From the NCBI GenBank assembly GCA_000708835.1, contig DF237154.1, positions 79,753-143,752 of the forward strand: DNA of 64,000 nucleotides, in the 5' to 3' direction. Shown in pieces: positions 1 to 11,709 of the stretch. This DNA is from Klebsormidium nitens (lineage: Eukaryota; Plantae; Klebsormidiophyceae). The position numbers and the translations under genes are program-made. The number at the start of each line of letters is the position of its first letter. Positions within the stretch are counted from its first letter, which is position 1. The notes under the pieces are model-generated. The model was not told where the DNA came from. It ran no database searches and saw only the letters and a program-made list of their open reading frames with translations.

Positions 1-3000
1 TTGTTGGTGGTGGTGGCCGATCTAGCAGCTGAAAGGCGCTTCTGAATGTGGACCTGGCATTGTAAGCATGGCATTCATTTAGCTGCTAAGAGAAAGTGCT
101 GAAGGTGGCGGATCAGTCACTCAGTGCTGGACTTTCATACCATGTATGTCGAGGAAACTCTGGCGGCCTTACTGAGAAGAATGTATGCAATCAGATTGTT
201 GAAAGGCTAGACTGATTCCTGATCCTTCAAAATAAGGAATGGCATTGTTATCCATTTCGGGGGTGCAGACCACCCAGACCCTTAGTCAAGAAGAAGTTTG
301 GATTACATTGTCAACTGAACAGGAGCTGACCATAGAACGGGACTGGCATCCCAAGATTGCCTGAGATGTGCATCAAAGAAGCTTTTGCATTGTAGGACCG
401 ACAGGGAATGCTGTAAAGAGAACTTCTAAACGACCCTGTACGAGCAGCTCACTGTAGGCACCAAGATGCCTTACCTGCAAGAAGCGGCCAGCGAGCTTCG
501 TGCCTCTCGGGTGTCTCTGTCAATGCCACGCAAAGGCTGCTTCACAATTTGCTTCCCAGTGCTGAGGCTTCAGGTGATTGAAATGCTACTGCTCCTGCAA
601 CTTCAAGGTGAAGTGCAAATTCTGCCAGTGCTGAATAGGAACGCTTCAATGCTTCGTTTTGTTGAACGCCCCTTGCATGACAAAGAAAGTTCACTGTTCA
701 GGCCCTTCTTTCTCGGCCAGATTCTGGAATCTGCATTGTCGTCGAGCTTGTCTGCCGGATGTGACGATCAAGGGGCCGTTCAGTACCCGGTTCCACTTTC
801 TTCCGACAAGCTCCCAACCGGTCAGCGCTCAGCAGCACTCCGGTCGACAGCGCGCGCGCGGTCACACGTTGTAGGAGTGGGGGCTACCAGCCTACCGGTA
901 ATTGGCTTGCCTTTCTAGGCAACCCGAAGGATTCGTACACGGATTTGCTCGATTTCGCCGTATGCGGGGCGGCGCGCCCCGGGCGATTTCGGCCGGTTCG
1001 ACGTCGAAATCCTAGATTCTGCTCCCCGAAATAGGCAAATAGGGCGCAAATGGTTTGCAGTCTGGGCCTCGGGAGCAAAGCGGCGTAGCAGGTGGATTAT
1101 CGAAGTTTTCCGTTTCGATAGTTGCTGTGCCAAACCGTAAGGAAAGGAAATAGCCCAATTGTCCATGACACTGGGCACCGACGTGGGAACGTTCGATAAG
1201 GTGCAACACTCGGTGCTCCGCAAAATTCGGCTAGGCTCCGCGCTTTACGGTTCGTGACCCTGGGTTAGCGCCAAGAACTCTTTTTCGGCACAAAAAGACA
1301 TGCAAGTCCCCTACTCCCAAGTGTTAGTAGTTACGCGATCGCTCACCCGGTCGGTATCGGATACAAAACCGGCGACCGACTCAGGCAAGCCACGGTCCCC
1401 CGCAGGGGGACAGATCGGTTCACCGCTTGTTCCCGCCGCTCCCGGGATGATTCTTGTTTCAACCGGGCTGGTGGGCAATGAGCATGTACGTACCCCCGGC
1501 AGTCCATTCCGCCCAACGTTACGTTTCATTTATGACGAGTACTGGTTGTTTGAAGTGGATTATAGCTTATGAACAGGCATTGTCAGGGCCACCATAATGG
1601 CCCCATCATTCATGCGAGGCATTGCATATGGCCAGTTGTCTTCGAGGAGAGTTCTGCTTTGTGCTCTGACGACCTGACTCTGCCCTCGAAAGGATTTATT
1701 ATGCACAGCTAGAGCGCGAACCTGTAGCAAACGCCTCATGGGCAACTAGCATCTCAAAGAAAGACAAGGGAAGAAGTGACCAGCTGATGGGCGCGCAGAT
1801 CTAATTTCTCAGCTCAGTCTGCCAGCACCCTGACAGAACATTTCCCTCTGGGCGTCACTTCAAACCCTCCTCTTGGTTGGTCACAATACTCCCGCACCTG
1901 GGAAAGCAGGTTCGCCAAAATTGCGAGGTCAGTTAATGCATACCTCATCTCCACTTTATCATGGCATAGTGCAATGTGGTTGTTGCACCTTCGGTGAACT
2001 TTGTGATTCTTTGAAATAATCCCAATCTGAGATTGTTTCCGTTTGCATTTGACCGCTGATCGCCAAGTCTTCTGTGCCAGCTGATCAGGCGGCTATGGAT
2101 TTTCCGACATTGAGAGACTGATTTTTTGGTTTTCTTCCATTCATCCTTCCGCCTCAAGTGGGGAACTCTGCTGTAAGAAGTTGGAGATGTTTGCTGGCTC
2201 CTTTTCAGACAGACTTCATTTTTCACAAAATCGCTGCAAATTGCTAAGGTCACACGGTGAAAAGTAGCTGGTTACCTGGGTAGTGCCAAGACCCTTCAGC
2301 GAGCATATCAGAAGGTCATAGGGCGCAGCATTAGGATCACTTCATCATGCTAATTTGATGAGACGGCTTCTCGCTAGATTCAAAGAGCTTGGTTAAATGC
2401 TTTTGAATTTAGAGGGTTCTTTAGAAGAGGCTGTGGCCTTTATCTCATCTGCGATCGTTCTTGCAGATGGCGGTGTCACAATCCCTTCTCCAGAGCAGAG
2501 CAATGTCCTCTGCCTTGGCCAGCATTTCTCCTAGTTTAGCCAGCTCAAAGCACAGGTGGGCAGGCCAAAGTCAAAACGCAGCCCCTACTGCTGAATGCAT
2601 GTCAAGCGCTCGTGTTCTAATGTCAAACCTTGGGGTTTTCTTGCCGTCAAGAGCAAGAGAGACACAAAGGGGGACAGGGAAAGAGAGCGAGTGTGTGTTT
2701 GATTTGATCATCCTCGTTTGATGTACCCCTCCTGCCACCACTCAACTCGTGCTCCGAAGTTTCATAGTTTTCCAGGAAGGACTAGTGCAGATCTTGTTTT
2801 GTCTTCAGGGGCGAACCAGGTTATGGAGAGCCACAAAACCAGCTGAGGACACTGATTATGAAGAGCTCCACAGGGGTGTTCCAATCAGGTGCTTGGAGTA
2901 GGTTCAATCATTCCAGTGCCAGTTACTGTCCTCCTTCGCATCTCAGGCTCCCCTTAAAAAGCATATCTGGGCGTTTTACAGGTTTGCTTCTTCAGCCTTC

Positions 3001-3630
3001 GTTGGGGAGGGCTTATCTCACGCAAAGCTTGGCAAAGACGCCTTGCCCCGGCATGTAGAAGAGGGGCCGGCCAGAATTCAGGCCGTGATGGAATCAACGG
3101 AACAACAGGTACGCCTTTGTATATGCTCATGAATAGTGTTAAGCCAGCAGGGATATAGTATTGAAAAGAAAAGAATGGTGCAAGGATTGTTCTTCTTATC
3201 TCGGTTTTGGCTGTCTGCTCTTTGGTATGACCTGCTTCCAAGCTGGTTTGTAAGTGTCATAGCTTCTTGCTGTTTCTTGTAGATCCAAGGTTGCAGATCT
3301 CAGACCTCAGCAAAGCCTCCATGGAAAGACAAAGGAGAATCTTCAAAAGTCCTTCTGCCTGAGGAAGTCCATATAGGTACTCTAGGAGACTTCTTTCTAA
3401 GTGGTGCAGCAATCAGAGCAACGCCTCGCTTAATATCATTTGCGACAGGAACCTGCGCGCCTGGCTGTCAGGGCAAAGAAGATGTGAGGAGCAGCCTCGA
3501 GAACCTTAACGCAGAGGATGAGATATGAAAGCTCTGCCCTATGCGAATGCCCACGCATCAGGAGCTGACTCCACCGAGTATCTTGTCACATTCTTGACCT
3601 TCCATTAAATCGTTCAAACTTTCTTCCCAG

Positions 3631-6600
3631 CTCAGGAACCTGGAGCGAGCGCTCAAGGCCTTCCCGAGCGCCTCATCAGACAAGCCCCCTGTCTCCAGCA
3701 CGTGGGATCCCAAGCTTCCCCTGGACGAAGGCAGCTGCCCCCCTCGGGCTTGGTACACCGAGCGAGACGTCTTCGAGCTGGAAAGGAACTCAGTGTTTGC
3801 AAACAGGTGGCAGGCAGTGGGTGAGCCATTCCAGGGGCTTGGTGTTTCGGGCTTCATGCTTAGAAGATTCTACGTGTCTTTCTTGGAAAGGTGTCAGGTT
3901 CCTCTGGAGCCAAATTCATGGACATGGAAGCCCGCTTTCGAACTAGATTCTTTGTTCGTCGTTATATCATCGAATGCATGACAAAAGCAGGCTGGAATAT
4001 CCGGAAGTAGCGCTGTCAGAACGCTGTTCTGGTGTACTTGGCCCCAGCATCCGTGGTTAAGCTTTATCTTACGTAAGAAGAATTGGCCGAGCTTCAGGCC
4101 GCTTTCTGGTATTTCTCCTCTCTGTGAACTGAGACGAATATAAGGCCGCACGAAAATAAGTATGCCATCAGCAAGAGCAGTCTGTTTTGGTCCTCATAAC
4201 GCTGTCAAGGAGTCTGGACATCCGCAGTTTAAAGAGGAGGTTGACATCGGTTACTGGCCCTAGTTCTGTAGACGTTCTGAGAGTCACATGCATCCTGATT
4301 CTCTGCTCTTTGAGAACGAACAACGACCGTCTCTCGTGATCAGTCCTCTATCCTGCTCTCGAATTGAGGTCTATTCTTGCCCGTTCATTGGATGTGTTGC
4401 AGCTTGTTTCTGCAACGGCACTGCTCATCCACGTTCGCAGATTCGTCTGAGCTCAATCGTTCTTCAATGTGCCAGGGCCTTCCGAGAAAGTGAAGGAACC
4501 GGGGGCCTTCTTCTCCGGCAGGTGAGAGATCAACCTCGTTTCAAACCCCCCTGCAATTGGTTTTCAACTGAAGCACCTTGCTTGTCAAACAGTATTCGCT
4601 GTGCCTTTTGTGTTCAGTACTGTTGGTCAACTCGTTCTCAGAACCAGGAACGGAATGTTTCTGAGGTTGTAATCATCAAAACGGGTGCTTCGTAGGCAGC
4701 ACTTGACTATCGACTTTTGGGACGTCCACGCTTTTAGGCGCCTTTTTCTGTCACGCTCGACCTTGCCCCCGGTCGCAGCTTGCTTATTTTGAAGGGCATC
4801 GACAACTCGACAAGGATTGCAGGGCGGCGACTCTGCATCCACGGTTGCTATGAGATAGAAGCACGTCGGGGAAAAACGCCGAACTCAAAGGTGGCAAACG
4901 TGCTTGAGTCACCTCTAAGGTCCAAAACAGCCCGTCTAAGCAAAGTCTGTTGGGTGTGCAGTTTCATGGGCCTTCAGTTCTTGGTGTGCCGAACGCTCCA
5001 GGGCGAGCTGAAAGCGTTCTCCAACACGTGCCGCCACAAGGGAACCGTCATCGCACAGGGGGAGGGCACCTGCCGCAACTTCGTCTGCCCCTTCCACGTG
5101 AGCCGTCCAATCGGTGGCGCTGTGCATGGAGATCTCACTTCTGATTCAGAAGCGAAGACCGATCCGGACGAGCTTAGCCGTTGGGGTTTGCTTCTTTCCG
5201 TCTCGTAGTCTTGTTGAGGAGCCTCTCAAAAGTGATTTGTGTCTAGCATTGTGCCGTCAGTCAAGAGTGGGGTGTAGGTTCGATCGGCTTTTGCAGAGAG
5301 ACAACCAGAACAGGTCTTGAGTTTAGGTCTTTTAGGTTTTCTTAAAGAACCCGACTTTCCAGTCTGCCGCCTTCAGAGAATGACAAGGACATGTGGTTCG
5401 GGAGTCGGTGATGCAATAAAGATGGTTTGGAAGGGTCAGCCAAGTCCCGTTCAGATTGAGCAAGAGATCGGAACGGGCTTTGCACGGACCAAGATCGAGC
5501 CTACTCTTTTCCCGAGTATTTTCTGCCTCAAGCAGAACAAGTTATGAGGAAGCTATGCCGACCTTCTAGGTTCAACCCTTTCCCTCTCCCGAAAGCCGCT
5601 CGCGCAAAAAGACTCCATGCACCCAAAGTGTCGAACTCTATGACGTGCCAAGGTGACTTCAATACGTCTGGGTAGCTTCACTTATAATCGTATCTAAGAG
5701 AAGCCAAAATCTTGACGTCACTGCGTGGCCAGGAATGAATCGTTCTCTTCGCTCTGTGTTGCTTCAGGCCTGGACGTACAACCTGGACGGCTCTCTCATC
5801 GGCTCGAAGCACCACAAGCACATGAAGGACTTCAACCCCGAGGTACGTTTAGTGCCAGTACTATGGCTAAGCATCGTGCGGTCCTTCATAGTCATGAAGA
5901 GCGAGCATGACCTTTTCAACAAAGGGAGCATTCCATAGCTTCTGATGAGTGGCTTATGTATGCTTAGCTCTCAACTCTTTCGGGCCACATCGACTGACAG
6001 AAAGTGCAGATCCGTCCGTTTAGTTTAGGACGTTTCGAGAACTGCCCTCGAGCCGTTTCTGTGCTGTGAATCGGGCGCAAAAAGATCTTATGCGAGCACA
6101 AGAGTCCTATACAGTCTCAGCCGGCCCTCTCTCTGTTTTTCCTGACGACGCTGTTCAAGGCTCCGGCCCTCGTTGCAGTGGTTTGGTTCAGCTCACGAAT
6201 AGTTGCTGTCATCCCATGTATGAGGGCTTTGCAAGAGCACAGGCCTCGTCCATTTCTGCGGCACGTCAATCAGCTTGTGCCACGTCCCGCAGGAGCACAG
6301 CCTCTTACCGCTTGACGTGGCCATCGCGGGACCGTGGATTTTGGTGCGGATGCCCAACTGGGGGAACAAGGCGCCCGCCAGCCCGGTCTACGTCAACGAC
6401 GAGATGGCGCAAAATTGGCCCACCTCCAACGGTAAGCCTGTACTGCAGGAGCTCTCTTAAAGTTCTCCTCTTCTTAATTCCAAAAAAAGTTGTATTGCTA
6501 TGAGAGTGGGAATCAGTAAGAGGGCGGTACACGTCTGGAGTATCTGTCCGCTTAGCCGACTATGTCGTGGGGAACAAGTGGAAGCTCCAGTGGCAAAGCT

Positions 6601-9600
6601 GAAACAGGCCGGTTATGAAGCTGTGTGGCCGAGAGATTTGCAAGGATTGCCCTTGCGGGGGAAGCGTTGCGGGACGAGTCCATCAGCTAGCAGATATGCT
6701 TTTAATAGGAAACAGCATCATCAACTGTACCCTGCCGATTAAGTACCAGGGCCAACAACAACTGGAGTTGCATATTGAAGGGCGACGTCGGTTCCTGCCG
6801 GCCCTGGTTCCTTGCTATACTGGAGGCAGCGACGAACGGCTACTCGAACCTTTGGCGACGTCAGTACGTGACGTCAGCCTGACGCCATTGCATCCGTTGG
6901 CTCTGGCAGGGACTGCGGACTCGCGGGCGGTGCAGGAGTGGGTTGGGGAGGCAGCGGGGCTGCTGACGCACCACCGCGTCATCTCGGGCGAGTACAAGTA
7001 CATGAAGCGCCTCGAGTACGACATCGGATGCAACTGGAAGGTGGGCATGCTATCCTTTGGTATTTTGCGGGCAGACCATTCTCGAGCGACACATTTTGAT
7101 GTGAAGCTACACCCGAGCCCGAAATGTCGTGGAGCCGTCCAAATGCTTTGTCGTGCGCTGCCTTCAGAAAGCAGAGGATGCATCTGAGCCTTTCAAAGCT
7201 AGAAATATTCAACTGGCCCAGCCTTCTCCTTGCACGGAATATTGGACTTTGAATGCAGGATTGTTTCTTAGAGGCCCCGGCTCAATTAGCGCAAAGAGCA
7301 CTCGTGACCTTGCTCGTGTCATCTGGAGCTCTAATCTGCTGTGCGCAGAAATGTTTGGAAGCACCGTTTCAGGGTTTTACGATTTCAGGGCCGCCCAGTG
7401 GTTAGTCGTCGTGCTCTTGGCCAATGGGTCAGGAAATGGCCCGAGCTCTCTGTCACGACTGAATTGTCGACAGTGTGGTTCCCTGTCTTTAGCTTTCGCT
7501 TGTTTACTTGGTGCAGGCATACATTGACAACTACCTGGATGGGGGGTACCACATACCGTACAACCACAAGGAGCTCGCGGCCTCCGTTGACATTGACACT
7601 TACACCACCACGGTAAGGCGGCCAATCTTGCTTAGTTTATCTAATTCCATTAGCAGGAGTCACCATTGTGAAATGTGAAGTCGCTGACACGCTTCATCGA
7701 GTTTGCTCACAAGCATCATCCGACTCGCATCCCAACCGGACTTTTGTCTGATGTCTTAATCCATCCGCACAACTAGCGCCGGAGAATGTGTGGACGCCCC
7801 TTCGTCGTGATGAGTTAGAGTACCGCCGTATCGATCTCCAAAGAGAGCTAGGGGTCTGATAATTTCTCTCAAGCGGAAACGTCAATTGCTTTATGCATGA
7901 CGTCTCTTTGCGGGCCCAATTAAGGTGCCTGATGCTTGAGAACTGAGACAGGGCTTCGTAGAGAGTCCTTTGTTGGAAGAGCTCGCGCTTATAGGGCCTA
8001 GCTGGTACCCACTCAAAGCAGAAAAGCTGATCCCGTATTGCTGGAAGCTTCGACCTCGAGTCGGGCTGTTTTCACCTTTGCTCCGATCTTCCAACAGGGA
8101 CTTGTTCTGCTTTCTCCAAAACAATATCAAACGGTGAACCTCGAGAAGTCGGATCCATTCTAAGCCAGGGTTATTTCTCGCCACGTGGCGTGCAGTGCTT
8201 CTCCAAGGGCACGTTCCAGACGGTGGACGTCCGCAAGGTGGACGAGATCCGCGCAGACGCCCCGCAGGAGCTGTACACCCTGGTCTACCCTAACCTCCTC
8301 ATTAACCGGTGCGCTGACCACTTTCTAAAGTCAATGACATTTGTTACGAAGTCTACTGGCGTTGTCTTCTTCGGCCTGCAATGAGCAGCGTTGTCGAGTT
8401 CGAGCATCAAAATGCTCTTTGGAGGGAATCCGCCGGATGTATTGGAAAAAGCTGGTTACACAGCCTTTCACCTTTGAGAAGTATTCGTTTGTTTCTCTGG
8501 TCAATATTCTCGTTCCGCTTGATCCTCTGAATTCTTCACACCGTAGAGCTTACGTGCTGTAAATTCCAGCTGCAGACCTCGCAGGTCCTGTCATCCATCT
8601 ATAACTTCTTCCTCACATGGTCGGCTGTGCGTGCAGGTACGGCAACTGGGTTGATTCCTTTTGGGTGATCCCCACTGGGCCCACCAGCTGCCACGTCACC
8701 GTCGACTACTGGCTGGCCCCGCAAGATGCCGCCGAGGTGAGCTGGGGAATTCAAGTTGCCGTTATATGGCTTCAGGACTTCTGCCCGATTGGCATGGTTT
8801 CTGACTGGTTGTCCTTTCAGTCCAAGTGGTTGCGTCGTAAGTTGGGGGCCAATGCAAGTTGCAAGTGTCCTGGTTTAGTTGTTTTGGAACGCTGCTTGGC
8901 GGCTGCTCAACCCGTGCATTGTCTCGGCACCCAGCTTGGTCCTCCCTCGAAAGATTGTTTCTCCAATGAATTGTCTCAGATGCTCGAACGTTGACAAAGA
9001 TATGTTCTCCGACCGTATCACGCATGGAGTCGAATGACTTTTCTCTTACAGACAGCTGTAAGAGGGAACTCATTCGACTCCATGCGAAGTATGCGGTTCG
9101 TAAGCTGTCAGCCCGTTGTCTTGCGTTGTGGTCAGCCCTGTGCCGACATGTGCGTGACGATGTGCAGATCAGCGACGAAACCCTGGAGGAGAACTGGGTC
9201 CGCACTGATGTCCTACAGGTAAAACATCGGTAATCGATCCTTCAAGAGTCAGACGGGTTTTGTAAGTAGCATTCTCGGAAAAGAGCTCTCAGAAGGAAGG
9301 AAAATGGTGAACAATGTGTCGCCTTTCCGATGAAAAGACATTGGAAACTCGACGAGATCAACCCGATAACATGGCACGAGAACCCGTTCCGGTTTGATAA
9401 CAGCTCGAGTAGAAGCGAACGCCTTTATGACAATGTATTAATGAGCTTTGACCATCACCATCGCCGGCAACCCTGTAAGCGCCCAATTGATGCGCAAACT
9501 CAAACGGTGTCTTTTACTTGCTCAGGACGAAGACGTGTTCCTCTGCGAGGCGGTGCAAAAGGGCCTCGCCTCTGGCATGTTCGAGTCCGGACGATACGTG

Positions 9601-9678
9601 GCGCCGCAAGAAGAGGCACCGCACCACTTCCACCGACTGATCCACTCTGACTTCGTTGCTTATGAAAAGGATCTCTAA
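3631..9678 (+). CDS. CMO: Choline monooxygenase-like Rieske non-heme iron oxygenase. Exons 3631-~3820, 4476-4521, 4962-5097, 5768-5842, 6293-6431, 6910-7040, 7517-7612, 8196-8308, 8637-8736, 9168-9218, 9526-9678. N-terminal exons unresolved (possible ATG at 2467).
   Basis: Phase-compatible GT-AG exons give PPRAWYT..ELERNSVF..WQAVG, the Rieske motif NTCRHKG...CPFH-AWTYNLDG, mononuclear Fe ligands NWK-AYIDNYLDGGYHIPYNH, YPNLLINRYGNW, and C-terminal QDEDVFLCEAVQKGL..GRYV..E..HHFH. All are colinear with plant CMO. Confidence 0.85.
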
Positions 9679-10630
9679 CCAGCTAACTCCCTGCTAATCA
9701 GTCTGATACGGCTGGACTGGTCCCCTGATCAAATGACCTGAAGAGGTTTCCTAGCATGATGAACTTTTGTCTGCTAACGCCGAATTTTTCGAAGTTAAGA
9801 TAGCGGTCGATTGGGCTGCAGAAAGTTTGGGCTTGGTCAGACAGTCAGGCCACGGATTGCCTTTCGAACTTTCTCGTAGAGCTCAAGAAATGCTTCAATC
9901 GTTGACCAAGTGTAGGTTGAAAGCGATTTTCTGCGAGTATACATAGCGTCGTTTCTGCGTAGTTCATAAAGCGCGACTCTCGACTCTCTCTCATAATTGT
10001 CCTCTGATGCTCGCATATATCAGCCATACTTTGTCTAGGCCTTTGCTCGGATATCTCATCATGGCATGCTTATCGTCCCTTTTGCTGGTGGAAGATTGAA
10101 GAAAATTGGAAACATTCGAGTCAGCCTGGTGTCGAAGTGATTCGTTCCAGCAACTGCCATGCGCGGTAAGTCCATCATGTCATGGTCGTTGATTAAGCTG
10201 GAGGCTGGGTTTTATGCCGGCTAGGCCCTAAAATCATTGGTCAATTAGAGGGAGAGAAACTAAGCTGCATCAACAAGTCGGCGCTTGGAACAACTGGCAA
10301 GTTGCTGAACTGGGTATCTTGAGTATAATAGCTGTCATGACTCATGGGGCAGGGACGTCCTGACCTTCTGAATTCTTCTCTGATACTAATAACATGCATA
10401 TTAGACCAAAGATCTGCAGTTCTTCGCCCAATTTACAAGACAGGACTCGGATTCAGCGCAGTGCAATCATGACACGCTGACACGATGTGACGACAGCTCA
10501 AGCATTCAGGACCCGGGCCCCCGCGGCCGGCCTGCTCTAGCCTCTTTATCGGAAATTGGAATCCTAGCTGACGGCGTGATTTGGTCGCGAATCGTCACCA
10601 AATCTTGAGATTCTGGCGGTCCTTATGCCC

Positions 10631-10770
10631 NNNNNNNNNNNNNNNNNNNNNNNNNNNNNNNNNNNNNNNNNNNNNNNNNNNNNNNNNNNNNNNNNNNNNN
10701 NNNNNNNNNNNNNNNNNNNNNNNNNNNNNNNNNNNNNNNNNNNNNNNNNNNNNNNNNNNNNNNNNNNNNA
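10631..10770. other. Assembly gap (140 N)
   Basis: Run of N in the sequence. Confidence 1.
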
Positions 10771-11709
10771 ACCTTTCCGAATTTCAACTTTCCGAACGGG
10801 AAATCCGAATTTCTGACTTTCCGAACGCAGATAATTATTTAATTATTCGGAATCATTACCTTGGACTACGGTATTGCGGCCATCCGCTCGCCTGGGCACC
10901 AGGCGCAGCCACCGGGCTTGCCTAACTAGGTAGTTGGAACTTGGAAATCGGCCATGTGGCAAACAGAACCGTCCACCATTTCTCTGTGGAGCATCGGACG
11001 GTTCTCCTCCGCTGGATAAGTAAGGGGGTTCTGCTGCTGCTTTTACTCGTCTCTAGACTCGTCCGGTGCCCGGAGTCCAAGACCGGGCGGACGCTGGACT
11101 CACCTGCGGCAGAAGAGAAGCAAGTTCAAGCAACGACAAGCATCCGTCAGGATCCATCACAAGGATACGTCTCGTGTACCGGTACCTACCGTACTTCATG
11201 TGCTGATTGTGCTGAAGAAGAAAGGAGGAATTCTGAATGCTTCTAGCTGAGTTCTAGCAGTACAGCTGTTTGCGTCAAACTTGCCATCGGGTTCCAGACT
11301 CTCGGAGCGTGGTTCCTGATCTTGAGCCGTCCGATGCCTGCCTTGTCGTCAATCGAACGGTCCAAGATCAGGAACCATGATCGGAGCATCTGAAACCCGA
11401 TGGCAGCTTTGACGCAAAGAGCTGTACTATTATAGCTGTCGAAAGATACATTCATTCGGCAACAGCGGCCAGCTTGGGAGGCTGCGCAGCAGATAGGTTA
11501 CCTACATCAAAGGATATGCGAAGACATCTGCGCTGACTAGGAAGTTGGAGCCAAGCTCAAAATCGTCTCGGGGCGGACCTGCTGCGCCCCGAGGGGAAAT
11601 TGGCGGTGACTGGGGGCGGCTCCTCTGAGTTCTGGATAAGAGGCTGTGGTCTTTTGATTGCGCAAGCACTTTGCATCTGCTGAATTATTGAAAAGTTGGT
11701 TCTTCAACA

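Noticed and set aside
1-480. Possible 5' exons of a leftward gene (minus-strand donor CAG|GTAAGG near 475, acceptor near 53)
   Set aside because: No start codon or recognisable protein could be tied to them within the window.
2467-3380. Candidate transit-peptide exons of the CMO gene (ATG 2467; exons near 2809 and 3283)
   Set aside because: They could not be joined in consistent phase to the exon at 3631 without a stop, so they were left out of the gene model.
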